Source of the DNA: Oikopleura dioica
Taxonomy: Eukaryota > Animalia > Chordata
Direction: 5' to 3'
NCBI GenBank assembly: GCA_907165135.1
Contig: OU015570.1
Span: 496,001-560,000 of the forward strand
DNA: 64,000 bases
In this document: piece by piece, positions 12,294 to 25,496 of the stretch
How positions within the stretch are numbered: position 1 is the first letter of the stretch
How the letters are laid out: every line of letters begins with the position of its first letter
The notes under the pieces: model-generated
Seen by the model: only the letters and a program-made list of their open reading frames with translations
The model's database searches: none
Told to the model about the DNA's origin: nothing
Translations under genes and position numbers: made by a program

Positions 12294-13399
12294 TTAAAAA
12301 GTTGAACAAGAGGAGAAAAGAAAGGGAGTTACTGTACCGGAATTGCGGAAAGTGCGAGTGAGCCGGTGTGAGAGAAAGAGGGAAAGGCGCGAGTGAATCT
12401 AGTAGTTCTGGATTAGAGTTCTCACTCTTAATTAAAGGTAAATCTTTTTCAATTTTATGACAATATAAATAATTTAGAATAACTAAGTTAACAGAAAAAT
12501 CTTAGACCTTACAGAAACGAGAGGAAAGAAAATTTTTGTTACCTAAATTTTCGGAGTAAATCTCCGTCAAAAAGTGCCAAATTAGTTGAGAATTACTCAA
12601 AGTTGAGAGTTCTCACTCTAAATTAGGGTCCGGCATGGATCAGGGTCAGATTTTTTTATTAGCCCATTTCACTTTTATCGAATTCTTCAGGTCAAAAAAC
12701 ATATTTTATTCCATTACAGTGAAGCTTGAAACCCAACTAGAAAAAAATTACAGGCAATTTTGAGGATTTTCGAGAGTTTTTTTGGGTTATCATTGTTTTT
12801 ATTAAGAAAAATTTTACTGTAGTCATATTTTTTGATCGCTTGATTATTAAACATAAAGAACAAACTCTGAGCTTCATTTATAGGGATCATTGATTGAATT
12901 TCATCAGTGTTTTCTTGGAAAGTTTCCCGTTCAAAATTCAACAAACACCAAAATTTCACCTTTCTATAAGTTTCAATCAAGAATTTAATACAGTAAACTT
13001 CAACTTGAAGCGAAAAACTTTCTTGATTATAATAGCGCAGACTCTAATCTAAAAATAGGAATGTGAATCACTCTTTGTCGAGTTGGGAATCGTAAGATAT
13101 TTAAGGTTTTCGAGGTTGAAATACCATATTTCAGCCATGGGAAAGTCCTCCGGAGGACTTTTGCTTGAAGATATTTGCTAAGAAAGCGTTTACTTTTTAA
13201 TTCAGTGACCTCAAATTACTTCAGTTTTCGCGAATTAAAGAATATGAAGAGCAGGATGCATGGTCGTTTGACCATATAGTTATGATATAAATTATATGAT
13301 ATAAATTATTATTAATCATAACAAAGAATAATTATGAAAATTATTTGGGCAATCTGAAAAAGAATCCGGTAATATAAAAACTATAACGATTTTCGAAAT

Positions 13400-15290
13400 A
13401 AGAACAATTAAGATTTTATAAAATATGGGTGTGGGCGGGGATGGGGACAAAGCTGAAATTGATCAACTCAGTCTTGTACTTTTTAGTTCCCTGCCTATGT
13501 CAAGCCCAAATTTAATTAAAAGCCAGGGAATGGGGGGAAACGGCCCTTCGGGCCGTCAAGCCCAAATTTAATTAAAAGCCAGGGAATGGGGGGAAACGGC
13601 CCTTCGGGCCGTCAAGCCCAAATTTAATTAAAAGCCAGGGAATGGGGGGAAACGGCCCTTCGGGCCGTCAAGCCCAAATTTAATTAAAAGCCAGGAATGG
13701 GGAAACGGCCCTTCGGGCCGTCAAGCCCAAATTTAATTAAAAGCCAGGGAATGGGGAAACGGCCCTTCGGGCCGTCAAGCCCAAATTTAATTAAAAGCCA
13801 GGAATGGGGAAACGGCCCTTCGGGCCGTCAAGCCCAAATTTAATTAAAAGCCAGGGAATGGGGGGAAACGGCCCTTCGGGCCGTCAAGCCCAAATTTAAT
13901 TAAAAGCCAGGGAATGGGGGGAAACGGCCCTTCGGGCCGTCAAGCCCAAATTTAATTAAAAGCCAGGGAATGGGGGGAAACGGCCCTTCGGGCCGTCAAG
14001 CCCAAATTTAATTAAAAGCCAGGGAATGGGGAAACGGCCCTTCGGGCCGTCAAGCCCAAATTTAATTAAAAGCCAGGAATGGGGAAACGGCCCTTCGGGC
14101 CGTCAAGCCCAAATTTAATTAAAAGCCAGGGAATGGGGGGAAACGGCCCTTCGGGCCGTCAAGCCCAAATTTAATTAAAAGCCAGGGAATGGGGGGAAAC
14201 GGCCCTTCGGGCCGTCAAGCCCAAATTTAATTAAAAGCCAGGGAATGGGGGGAAACGGCCCTTCGGGCCGTCAAGCCCAAATTTAATTAAAAGCCAGGAA
14301 TGGGAAACGGCCCTTCGGGCCGTCAAGCCCAAATTTAATTAAAAGCCAGGGAATGGGGAAACGGCCCTTCGGGCCGTCAAGCCCAAATTTAATTAAAAGC
14401 CAGGGAATGGGGAAACGGCCCTTCGGGCCGTCAAGCCCAAATTTAATTAAAAGCCAGGGAATGGGGAAACGGCCCTTCGGGCCGTCAAGCCCAAATTTAA
14501 TTTAAAGCCAGGAATGGGGAAACGGCCCTTCGGGCCGTCAAGCCCAAATTTAATTAAAAGCCAGGGAATGGGGAAACGGTCCTTCGGGCCGTCAAGCCCA
14601 AATTTAATTAAAAGCCAGGAATGGGGAAACGGCCCTTCGGGCCGTCAAGCCCAAATTTAATTAAAAGCCAGGGAATGGGGAAACGGCCCTTCGGGCCGTC
14701 AAGCCCAAATTTAATTAAAAGCCAGGGAATGGGGAAACGGCCCTTCGGGCCGTCAAGCCCAAATTTAATTAAAAGCCAGGGAATGGGGAAACGGCCCTTC
14801 GGGCCGTCAAGCCCAAATTTAATTAAAAGCCAGGAATGGGGAAACGGCCCTTCCGGCCGTCAAGCCCAAATTTAATTAAAAGCCAGGGAATGGGGGGAAA
14901 CGGCCCTTCGGGCCGTCAAGCCCAAATTTAATTAAAAGCCAGGGAATGGGGGGAAACGGCCCTTCGGGCCGTCAAGCCCAAATTTAATTAAAAGCCAGGG
15001 AATGGGGGGAAACGGCCCTTCGGGCCGTCAAGCCCAAATTTAATTAAAAGCCAGGGAATGGGGGGAAACGGCCCTTCGGGCCGTCAAGCCCAAATTTAAT
15101 TAAAAGCCAGGGAATGGGGGGAAACGGCCCTTCGGGCCGTCAAGCCCAAATTTAATTAAAAGCCAGGGAATGGGGGGAAACGGCCCTTCGGGCCGTCAAG
15201 CCCAAATTTAATTAAAAGCCAGGGAAGGGGGGGAAACGGCCCTTCGGGCCGTCAAGCCCAAATTTAATTAAAAGCCAGGGAATGGGGGGA
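13400..15290 (+). repeat. G-tract head + minisatellite family, copy B (~33 units of 53-56 bp)
   Basis: Head GGGTGTGGGCGGGGATGGGGAC at ~13427. Array 13499-15290 has unit AAATTTAATTAAAAGCCAGGGAATGG(G)nAAACGGCCCTTCGGGCCGTCAAGCCC; units differ mainly in G-run length. Confidence 0.95.
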
Positions 15291-16009
15291 ATTTTCGTCT
15301 GATATCAATGAAAAATGCCCTCCGGCGCTTTTGAGACAATATTTATGAAATCTGCGTGCCTTAAAACCCCCTTGGGCACTCATTTTTAACAAAAAGAGAA
15401 AACAAAAAATTTCATTTTTCGGAACTTCAAATGGCTCTAGAATCCTATTCCCAACTCGTATGGTGATGAGTCATACATTTTTATAATCCCCAGAGCATAG
15501 GGATCACGTGGGTATATATAAGACCGCTTCAAGTTGACCACCCCAAACCACTTGCCGGACCCTACTCTAAATTATAAGTAAATCTTTTTCAATTTTAGGA
15601 CAATATAAATAATTCAGAATAACTAAGTTAACAGAAAAATCTTAAACATCCGCTTTTGAAAAACAAAATATTTTCGGATCGGGCGAGACCGGGCGACGCT
15701 GGACGGCGCAAGGAGGCGCAGGGCGGCTCAATTCAGTGAAACCTACTTCCTTTCTAGACCTGACTGGGCTCAAAAAAATACGCAAGTGAGTCGCCTGAAG
15801 ATCAGAACTTCTATGTGATTCGTGTTATCGAGAAGTGCCTTAACTTTTGCGGTGCAGGGAAAATGAAGAGTTGACCGGATGGTAATGTCACAGTCATTGA
15901 CATCAAGTGTGTAGCGAAGGTGGGGGTGAAGGTCGTACAGATTCTCCGAGAATCATTCTCGTTGATTGGAAGGTCTGGTTTCACCACCGCATCTCCCCCC
16001 TTGGTTGAA

Positions 16010-16287
16010 GGGCGGCCCGGTTCTGCAGCAGAACCTGGTTCTGCAGATTGCAGAACCTGATTTTGTAAATGCAGAACCTGGTTCTGCAGATAGAGTTTTT
16101 GAGCGCTCCGCGCCTGTCTTTGAGAGACTTCAAGATTTTTAGAAGTTTCAGAACGAACAAGAAGTCTTGTTGAACGAACTGATACTGAGGAAATTCAAAT
16201 AATATCAATTAAAAAATCTGACAACAGAACCAGGTTCTGCATTTACAGAACCCGGTTCTGCATTTCTCTGGCAGAACCGGGCCGCCC
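16010..16287. mobile_element. MITE with GGGCGGCCCGGTTCTGC TIRs
   Basis: 17-bp TIR and subterminal GCAGAACC/GGTTCTGC repeats; no clear TSD. Confidence 0.6.
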
Positions 16288-16524
16288 GCCACCCCCCCCC
16301 CCTTATAGATTCATGGGAGCTCTACTTTTAGTCGCCACCTGCGGCTTCCTCTCTTGAGTCGGCGCAATTCGTGGTACCGCAACAGTAAATGAAAATATTC
16401 TGCTGGAGTTAGTTGGGCACAGTTAAGTGGGGAATCTTGCTCTTACACGAAGCACCAGATCACGATGAAATCGTGATTGGATTGGTACACTTTGATAAGG
16501 AATGATCCTGTAGTCAATTATATT

Positions 16525-18415
16525 TAGGGTTCGCGCTCAAAAATCAAGTGCCCGAAATACTTATTGCATGATACAATTTGTATCTGTCTTAATTTCAGAT
16601 ATATGATAGACAAGGGCAAATAAGGAATATTTTCTTTTAAAATTTTTCAAAACTAAAGAGGGTTGAAGAGAAAATAAGCCCCAAAAATGGAAAGCATCTA
16701 CGGTTCCCTAGAATTAACAAAAAACTGGCTTTTTGGCAATATTTTTCAATTACGAGATCATGCGCGCACACGCGTAACCGCGCATGATAGGGGGTGGCAA
16801 CGCAAAATTCCAATCAATTTTGCCGGAATATTTTCATCTTTCTTTTAAACATTATAAATCAAAAATTCATAATATAAATATTTAAATTATAATAATGTAT
16901 AGCTCATATTACTTAAATTGATCATAATTAGTTATTTATTGAAAATTTTCTCATTTTTTCTTGAAGAAACCCAATTGTTCTCATCCCCATTCCATGATTT
17001 TTAAATTAAAGGGGCTTGACGGTTTTTTTTTTTGATTTATTATGGTTTTCATTTTGGAAAAAAGTCTATTCTTTCCATAAAAAAAGACACGAAATGAAGT
17101 ATTAAAAAATCTTTTTTTTATAAAAACTTAAAAAATTAGAATTATTTTATGTTTTATCTTCTTTTACTTTTAATTTCAATGTATAATTTTTAAATCTTTT
17201 GAAAAGAAAGAATTTCTTTGAAAATAAAGAAATACGGATTACGCGGCGTCCACCCTAGCCCCGTTTGAGAAATGCCTGAGGGAGAACGCGGCGCTGTGCG
17301 CTGCGCGCCGCGTAAAGATGGTCAAAAATAGACCTTCAATTGTCTATTACAGTATGTTAGTCACCTGTTTCTAATAATTTTTTAATTGATTATTGTTTTT
17401 TTCACTCGAAATTATATAAATATCGAAAAAATTTCTGGGAAGCATTTGACTAACATGTTTTTTAACATTTATTTGAAATCCATATTTGGAATCCATACCG
17501 AGAGCGACAAACTTCACGACGGAGTCTGTCAGGCCGGCCGGGGATTTTGACTGTTTTGCGCGCATTCTAGTATTTTCCCATGCCTGATGGAGGACCCTTA
17601 TCTGGTGGAAGACCCAATTGATGGAAGATAGGTCTAACAAAGACTTTTTTTAGATTAATTGATCTATAAATTATAAACAGATAATAATTTCGAAAAATCT
17701 TGATCATGTGACTCTCGGAGGACCCCTGGAGGACTTTTTCAGGTGGAAGACCGACCTTCCTGGAAAACCAGTGATTGTAAGATGTTGTTCGAGCCGTCTC
17801 AGCCCCGTTCCATGATTTTTAAATTTAAGGGGCTTGATAATGGCTGGGAACTCCGAGGTGATCAATCTCAGTTACGTCCCCAACCCCACCCACACCCATT
17901 GTTTATAAAATTCAAATTGACAATAGTTACAACCTTATTATGGTTTTGATTAAAAGTTTTGAAAATATTTTTTTTAATTTTAAGATTTCCTATTATTATT
18001 ATTTGCAAATTATTATTATTTTGTGTATTAATTTTTATTAAAACAAAACAAAAGTGAAAAGAATTGAAGAAAGGAAAAGTTCCTTCGGTGAATCATTGAG
18101 AGAGGTGAATTGTGGAAAATGTTTCTAGACGGGGGGTTGTTGTTGTTCTTCGCGGAGGACCCACTCCCACGTGGCGCAATTCGCGCGCCAAAAAGAGCAA
18201 GAGATCGGGGCAAGAAAAACACGCGCAAATGCCCCAATGTATTACGCGCTCCGTCGTGAAATTTGTCGCTCTCGGTATATCTCTTCAACCGTTTAATTTT
18301 TATTCTTTAAAATACCTATGTTTTTTAACCGTTTAAGAGATATATTTTACCTTTAAAAATTTGAAAACAATACGAATTAACTATCAAAAGATAGATTTTT
18401 TGGGCGCGAACCCTA
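16525..18415. mobile_element. hAT-type non-autonomous element
   Basis: TIR TAGGGTTCGCGC(C/T)CAAAAA; TSD ATTATATT / ATTACATT (7/8). The same left end occurs at 1564. Contains a minus-strand G-tract head at ~17790-17950. Confidence 0.75.
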
Positions 18416-18700
18416 ATTACATTTCCATTTGCTAGCTCTTGTACCTCATTTTTGTTTCGTCGTTTGACATGGCGTTCTTTTTTATCGTCAGCTGCAATTT
18501 GCTTGTTCCGTTTCTGCCAATTTAGTTCCTCCTAAAGGACCATCGCGTTGTCAGCAGGCTAAAACTTGTGAAAATCTAACAAACCAAACTGTTTGATCTC
18601 CGCATCATTCTGCTTTCCTCCCCCTACCGGGCTGTTTTGGTTGTTCAGAAGATCTTCTTCGAGCTCCATAAGTTGTGAAGTATTGTTTTTCGGGAGACGG

Positions 18701-18985
18701 ATGGTGCCGGTACTAAATTGGTAGCCAGTACCAAAATTGGCACCCAGTTCCAAAAATTTGGTACCCGGTACCAAAGTCAAGCATATTTTCTGACTCATCA
18801 AAAAATCTAAATTAGATTATCTAATGCCCACTCCGCGGCTGAAGTGTGAGGAAACTCCATTTACTGACCGAATATACTTTTAAAATCAATTTTGGCTCGG
18901 TATCCTGACATCTTCTTGCTACCGGGTACAAAAAATTGGTACCATGTACCAATTTTGGATTGGTACCGGCACCGTCCGACCCCGT
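18701..18985. mobile_element. MITE with GGTACC-rich subterminal repeats
   Basis: Imperfect TIR ...CGGATGGTGCCGGTAC / GTACCGGCACCGTCCG; a related copy lies in reverse orientation at ~38873-39095. Confidence 0.6.
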
Positions 18986-19296
18986 GTTTTTCTGTGAGTT
19001 GAATAATAATATTTTCAGATCATCGCGGTCATTTTATTGCGGCCTTTCGCCTTATCTTTAAATGTTCACATCGTCTTATCGGCGAACTCGGTCGTTGTCG
19101 GTCCGTTGTTGTGTTTCAGGAATGACAAGGTGCGAAAGGCACTTTTCGATGAGATTCTAGTTAGTTTCGAAGGTCCTTAATAAAACTCAGTGAATCCTTT
19201 CGAAGATCGAAGAAAACTTTAACCTGTTTTTCTACTTCGTCCTTTCCGGATTCCGAAAATTGAACCTCTTTTATAAGAACTTTTAATTGAGATTCT

Positions 19297-19334
19297 GGAG
19301 ACGCGTTTCGGCACAAAAGTGCCTTCATCAGCCC
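19297..19334 (-). ncRNA. Minimal type I hammerhead ribozyme motif (orphan PLE pLTR remnant)
   Basis: Minus strand GGG-CTGATGA-A-GGCAC-TTTT-GTGCC-GAAA-CGCG-TC-TCC. Helix III is the palindrome ACGCGT, the cleavage triplet is GUC, and helix I is 3 bp. Confidence 0.75.
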
Positions 19335-19553
19335 TAATACACAGATTTAGTTTACAGCTCAGAAAAAGGAAGAGTACTCTCACATAAGAGTGGACGATTT
19401 CGAATGAGAACGAAAGTTGAAAACAGAAAAAAAAAATTCGCTTTCGCGGCAGGTGAATGGAGCGCCAGAGAAAGCGAATATCAAACGCTCCATTACAGAA
19501 ATTTAACTTCAGCAAACTTGACTTCCTTGTTCAAGCTAGGGTCATTTAACTAA

Positions 19554-20104
19554 CACTGAAACCCTGACTTAAGGCCCAGCAACTTAAGGCCCCTTTTTCG
19601 AAAAATTTGCGAAATCTGTCATCCTAAAAAAATCCAACTTTAGGCCCCTTTTTTGTTATCTTCACTATTTGCAAAAGAAAAGGTTATCAAAAGATTAATG
19701 ATGGCAATTTTTTGTTAAACGTATTCTAAATAGAGTTCTTATGTAATTTCCGGAGATTTATTGAATTACAAGTGATTAACGTAGAACACTTTCTGAGAAT
19801 AACTGACAGTATTTGAGTAAATCGAATTTCTGGGCACGTTTTGTCCATTGTTATTTTGAAGTTAATTCATAAATTCATAAATTCTTGACATTTTTTGGAT
19901 ATTTAGGGGACGAAATGTCCGAATAGCTATAAATTATCTGTATTGAATTCCGCATTTCATTTTTGATTCCCAGAGATTCACTTTTCTCCAGAATAAAATC
20001 GAAAATTTAAGGGTCATCCAACTCAATCGTAGAATCGGCTAACTTAAGGCCCCTTTTAGAAACTCTTGTCATCCAAAAAGGGGCCTTAAGTTAGGGTTTC
20101 ACTG
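19554..20104. mobile_element. Tc1/mariner-type MITE related to 5277-6822, inside an inverted-repeat host (~19460-20313)
   Basis: Right TIR GGGCCTTAAGTTAGGGTTTCACTG followed by TA; degenerate left TIR CACTGAAACCCTGACTTAAGGCCC. Confidence 0.65.
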
Positions 20105-20614
20105 TAATTGAGAAGGCTTCCAACAAGTTGCGATCTTTATCATAAGGTTGGTTGGAGATAACGGTCACGAATTTGTTTCCGAAACAATTTGTTTTGCATC
20201 TTGTTGGAAGCCTTTTCAATTAAGTTAAATGACCCTAGTTAGACCAAGCAAGTCAAGTTTGCTGAAGTTAAATTTCTGTAATGGAGCATTTGAAATTTGC
20301 TTTCTCTGGCGCTAGGGACCGAACGCAAATCACCACCGGGGCACCCAAAAATTTTTTTCTGGACTTATGAATGAAAAAGTAGGTTTTGAGATTCAGGCTT
20401 TCCAAATATGAAATTCAAATTTTTATAGGTTTCGTAGTTTTTGAGTTATCACTCTTTGAAAAATAAAGAGAGGAGAAGAAAAGAGCCAATTAGAAGCGCG
20501 CAGCGCGGCGAAGCCTCACGCAAACGGTGGCGCTCCGGGGCGAGAAGCTTTTGCCGCGACGCGATCGAGTTTTCGCTACGAGCGAGCCCGCGCTCAAACC
20601 AATAGGAAAATGAA

Positions 20615-20790
20615 AAAAAGATAGCCGCATGAGGATTCGAACCCGCCCCTACAAGAACGCCTTTTCCTATGAGAAAGCCACTGCGCTATCCGCAATTGAC
20701 CAGACGGTCCGTTTTACATGGATATAAATTTACGCTATCTAGGTCAGCGTAACCGACTTTGAGGGTCTATTTTAATGAACTGGTTTGTAA
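20615..20790 (-). repeat. tRNA-derived SINE-like segment
   Basis: Minus strand ...GCGGATAGCGCAGTGGCTTTCTCATAGG...GGGTTCGAATCC...TCTTTTTT (B box plus oligo-T). Homologous to 3150-3290 and 21455-21546. Confidence 0.5.
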
Positions 20791-21454
20791 TTCAGTGAAA
20801 AACAGCATTTTATTTGAAAGTTAAGAGCTGGATCGGAACTTTGTCAGAGGCTTTCTAGGTATTCCAGCAAGGGTTCTAAACGGACATGTCTGGGGCTGCG
20901 CCAGTGGGATAATCGACCTCCAGTTGACCTGTAGCCTCCAGTGGAGGGATGAAATTTTGTGCACATATTTCTAAGGACCTAATCAAGAAAATAATCAAAA
21001 AGAAATTCGAAAAATTAAGGGTGTAGGGGGGGCTGATCAAACCTAGACGACCATTTTATAAGCTCAAAAATGATTTTTTCGAGTCGAGAAGGTCAAAGCA
21101 TGAATAAAAATGTGCAAAAAAAGAAATTAAAATATTAAGTAATTTAAATAAAAACCATAATGAAGCGAAGAACTTGAATTATTTATATTTTTACCCGAAT
21201 GGGCGTGGGTGGGGTTGGGGACATGACTGAGATTGATCACCTCAGAGTCCGACGCCGATCTCAAGCCCCTTAAATTTAATAATCAAGGAACGGGGCTGAG
21301 AAAACCTTCTCTATTCACCAGTAAACTCAGATTCCATCTACCTCATCAGGTTTTCCCACATTTCTGGTTATGGAAATCCCGATTCTCGTCGACCCCCTCC
21401 TTAAGGGAGTCACCTGAAGAAAGAAAAAACTAGCGAAGAATTTATACACACCAA

Positions 21455-21546
21455 AAATGGTGCTCTACCACATGTATTATTGGCCTAGGCGTCAACTCTT
21501 AGGGAAAGTCCTTCTCGGTGGGATGGGTTCGAATCCCCTACTTTTT
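21455..21546 (+). repeat. tRNA-derived SINE-like segment (Leu/Ser-like layout)
   Basis: TGGCCTAGGCG...GGGTTCGAATCCCC followed by TTTTT; alignable with 20620-20680 (minus). Confidence 0.45.
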
Positions 21547-22676
21547 GAATTTTTCTCGTGCGCCTCTCTCTGGCGCCTTCCCGCTCGCGCATTCGCGCGG
21601 GCTATGCGCTTTTGCCGCCGCTGCATGTACCTTTGTACCATGTAAGGAAATTCGAAATAAATGTTTTCGAAAACAAAAATTGACACATTTACTCAAAACA
21701 TTATTCTACTCGACCCCCTATCGAGCAAAAATTTTTATTTCAAAAATTTTATTTTCATTATATTTTCGTATTTGATACGAAAAGTTAATTTTCGTAGTTA
21801 AATTTACTCAGAATTGAACTCTCCGACACTCGTTTTAGTCGGTTGGTCGATAGTAAGTCGATGTTTTAATGTGTAGCACTAACTCAAATTGGCAAAATCC
21901 GCGGTCGGTTGGGTCGGTCGGGTCCGATTATCGGTCGGTTTTTCATTGCGCACAAATTCTGAAAGTTTTACAATCAAAATAGTGACTTCGCGGATGTGCG
22001 TTAGAACGATAAATTTGCACCCCACTTCTTGATTAATAAATCATATATCGAAAAACTTCGAAAAAATTGTTTCTAAATCGACATGTCCATTTTCAGTCGT
22101 TACTCTAAAAATTTCTTCATAACGACGGGGTCTTGTTACGATCTGACCATGATTGCAGGGAGTTACAGGCGTCGGAAGGTGCTTCATGTTCAAAATGGAT
22201 ATTTTGACCGATGGGGGTTAAAATCATCCCTACCTAAAAAAGGGAATTTTATAAAGCCTAAGTTTCAAATCCAAAAGGCCGACCCGTCCCGACCGAACCC
22301 GACCATGATTCTGGCCATTTTAAAATAACTCGACCCGACCCGACTTTGAAAAAGGGTAATCGGCACCGACACTGGACCCGACAACTTATAAGTGTGTCTA
22401 AAAATTGAGAACAAATATGAAAATAAACTAAAATTAATTTTTTGAAGTAAAAACCCTCCCGCTGAAAATCCTCACACTAGTCATGCCATGCAAGTGTGCG
22501 CCCGCGCAAATCGAAATCGTCAACCAGGAGTGAATTAAATTAAGACAAATAATTAAATAATTACTACACTGGTTAAAATTATTTTTAAGAACTGAAAGAT
22601 GAGCTATGTGAGATGCATGATGAGAAGCATAATTTGACGAACAATTAGTTTAGTAATTTAAAAAAGTACTAAATCT

Positions 22677-22817
22677 AATTGCCCCTTACCACGGGGCTTC
22701 GCCCCTTAGGTCCTAAATGCCGGGGTCTAGTCTAGGGTTACTTAGGGTTACCTAGCCTATCCCCCTCGGGTAAGTTTGTTCCGTCATTTTTGCAGGTGCC
22801 CCCTAACCCTAACCTTA
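22677..22817 (+). repeat. ~140-bp dispersed repeat with TTAGGG/CCCTAA-like motifs
   Basis: Related copy at ~60633-60787 (+) and a split copy at ~43977-44032 plus ~45848-45915 (-). Confidence 0.65.
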
Positions 22818-23488
22818 ATTTACATAAAGTACTTGATGATAAATATATTGAGGAAACTGGCGTAATTCCTTGGGATAAAAGTCTTGGCGAGAGAAATTGA
22901 ACTGAGCGGGCTCTCTCCCGAGCGCCACTAGCGAGCGCAGGTTTTGAGGCCCAGTCGCGCGGTGTGGTAGGTGTGCAAGGGAAATGTCACAACCTTCCGC
23001 TAAAATCGCTCTAAAGTTGGAAAATTTTCAATGAAGGTAGGATGTCAGTGGGATTTTTGAGATCAGATCAGAAAATCTGGTCGAGCATTTTCTGGTACCT
23101 TGAATTGATGAAACACAAGCCGCAAAACCTTTGACTTCGAAATGGCCAGAAAAGCAGTCGAAGATTACAAAATTTTTCGGGTGCGCGTCATTAGCTACGG
23201 TTTGTGGGGTTTGCGTCAGTTGCTACGGTTGCGTCAATAGCTACGGTGCGTCAATAGCTACGGTTAAAAATGACTCCTAGAGAGCATAGAAATTGACAGA
23301 CAGTTTAGGGTGGGCATCAACCTAGGTCGGGTTTGCCGGTAATTTAGAAAATGACAAGAATCTGAAGCTATCTAAATCGGTCGGAACGAGAGTGTGGTTG
23401 CTTTTCGCGTACAAAAATGATACAAATATGAAAAAATACCATTTTTAGCCTTAATTCAATAAACATTATCGTATCTTTGCATCTTAAG

Positions 23489-23526
23489 AGCACTGAAGAA
23501 GCCGTAATTGGCGAAAAGCTTATGCT
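23489..23526 (+). ncRNA. Minimal type I hammerhead ribozyme motif
   Basis: AGCA-CTGAAGA-A-GCC-GTAATT-GGC-GAAA-AGCT-TA-TGCT. Helix I is 4 bp, helix III is the palindrome AAGCTT, and the triplet is UUA. Confidence 0.7.
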
Positions 23527-23657
23527 AAATCAATTAACATTGTGCACAATGTTACTTATTACTTTTTGTAAGCGAAAAGCGACTACAGTCTCGTTCCGAC
23601 CGACCTAGATAGCTTCAGATTCTTGTCATTTTCTAAATTACCGGAAAACCCGACCTA

Positions 23658-23818
23658 CAGTGGGTTGCGCAGGTAGTTGACCCTTTGCGATTGCCGCTTT
23701 GGTTGCCCCTTCGCCCGCGCTTTTTCTATTGTTTCTTTCTAGACTTGCTCAAAGTGATTGCAGGATTGGTTGACCCTTCGCCCGCTCTTTAGGGGGCAAC
23801 TACCTGCGCAACCCACTG
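23658..23818. mobile_element. 161-bp Tc1/mariner-type MITE (second copy)
   Basis: Reverse complement of 1234-1394, with TA flanks. Confidence 0.9.
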
Positions 23819-24710
23819 TAGGTTGATGCCCACCCTAAACTGTCTGTCAATTTCTATGCTCTCAAGGAGTCATTTTTAACCGTGACTATTGACGCACCGT
23901 AGCTATTGACGCAACCGTAGCAACTGACGCAAACCCCCAAACCGTAACTAATGACGCGCACCCAAATTTTTCAATTAATGATTCACTGTGAGTCTGAAAA
24001 TTTTTTGATTATAAATAAAAATCTTAAAAACGCTCTTAAGATGGGAAACCACGGTACTTCACTATTTTGTTTTGTTGTTTATTTGTAAGAGCAGTTATGG
24101 AAGACAATCGTACACCGCCCGAGTGAAGGGGTTCCGTAACTTAAGTACAGAGTGGAATTATGCAGTTTTGCGTGTGTTTGTAAGTGAATATAGTGCTAAG
24201 AAGGAACTCTGTCAACAATTATCTAGTTATCAAGTACTTATCTGATGAAAAAGACCTTCAACATTGGTCTTATAAAGCGCTAGTAAACAACAATCTCTTT
24301 TTATCCATCATAAGGCTTATGACATAAGCCAACATTATAACTTATAATTTAAAAGAGAAAGACAGCGAGAACAGCCTTTCCCACAGCGACTTGATGAGAC
24401 TTTTGAGTGGACCCAAGCTCAAGGAGAGTTTTTTCCTAATTTAAGGCATAGATGTAGCCTATACTCGTCTTCAATTAATAACGAGTCAATCATTATGAGA
24501 GGTCAACTTTGACAAAAAGATTCAGATAGTATTTCGGGTAATAAATTCTTGTAAACGGGCCCTGAGTATGGAGAAAAGAGAAGAAGCACTCCTTGTTCGG
24601 ACAATTTGCAAGGGTGTTAACTTCTCAATACACGGGCGCGCAACTAAGCGCTCAAAACACGGGGTCGGGTGGACATATCGCTGGAAAGCTTGAACACTCA
24701 CTATCATTGA

Positions 24711-25496
24711 TAGGCTGATCAGATGAAAATTTTGCCACTTTTTCTAGCTTAGTTGAGGGGTCTTATGACACATATTCTGAAAGGCCAGAAGCTAAGCTTT
24801 CATTTGAGCCCCATATCGAGTGGTCTGGGTCATGTCCGCAAGGCAATTGATGGCACCGGAAGTTCCGAAATTGGCACTAGAACTCTTCAATCGAATTTTT
24901 GGTTGCCGGTACTGGCTCCAAATGGCTTGTTAGTAGGTCCGTTAGAAAGCCCAGCGTCTAAGCTTTCTAAAAACCAATAAAATACTGCTGCCCTGTCAGC
25001 TAGTGGCCGCTAGAGGCGCTAGAATAGTGAACTTTGAGGATTTTTAGGGAGGAAGCGCAATAATCTTCGTCTCAACCGGACGGTTTGACCACCGTTAAAC
25101 GCCATGCCAGGGCTAAGAAGCCTTTACTCAAAAATAGAAGCCTGAAATTTCGACCAAATGAACATTTTCTAGTGCAAAAATCCCTTTTCGAGGGCAGAAT
25201 TCGAGTTTCTAGCGCTCCTAGTGACCACTAGGTGGCAGGGCAGCAGTATTTTATTAGCTCTATAGAAAGCTCAGACGCTGAGCTTTCTAACGCGCCTATT
25301 TTCGAACCATTTCGAGTGACTACCGGCACTCAAAAATCCTATTGAAGAGTTCTTGGGCCGATTTCGGAACTTCCGGTCCAATAAATTGCCTTGCGGTGCT
25401 CAAATGAAAGCTTAGGCTCTGGGCTTTCTAAAACTGTGTCATACGACCCCTAAACTAAGTTAGAAAAAAGGACCGAATTTTCATCTTATAAGCCTA
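24711..25496. mobile_element. Foldback element with ~310-bp imperfect inverted arms
   Basis: Ends TAGGCT...AGCCTA; the arms at 24711-25025 and 25200-25496 are reverse complements; only a degenerate CTATCA-containing flank duplication. Confidence 0.6.

Larger units (their letters stand above)
9575..12402 (-). mobile_element. Full-length Penelope-like retroelement with direct pseudo-LTRs
   Basis: ~150-bp direct repeats at 9575-9723 and 12248-12402 flank RT and GIY-YIG coding remnants. Confidence 0.92.
23179..23963. mobile_element. Foldback element with a 9-bp TSD (Mutator-type)
   Basis: TSD AAATTTTTC (23170-23178, 23964-23972); ~215-bp inverted arms starting GGGTGCGCGTCATTAG. The right arm is interrupted by the 161-bp MITE. 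Confidence 0.85.

Noticed and set aside
14621-14875. ORF with a repeated MGKRPFGPSSPNLIKSQG peptide
   Set aside because: Chance open frame through 54-bp repeat units; neighbouring units break the frame.
13499-15290. Regular palindromic repeat array resembling a CRISPR array
   Set aside because: Units are directly adjacent with no unique spacers, there are no cas genes, and the context is eukaryotic. It is a minisatellite.
24241-24285. CTGATGA + stem, hammerhead-like
   Set aside because: The GAAA box is replaced by ATAAA; at best a dead pLTR remnant (a similar decayed motif lies near 45575-45630 minus).
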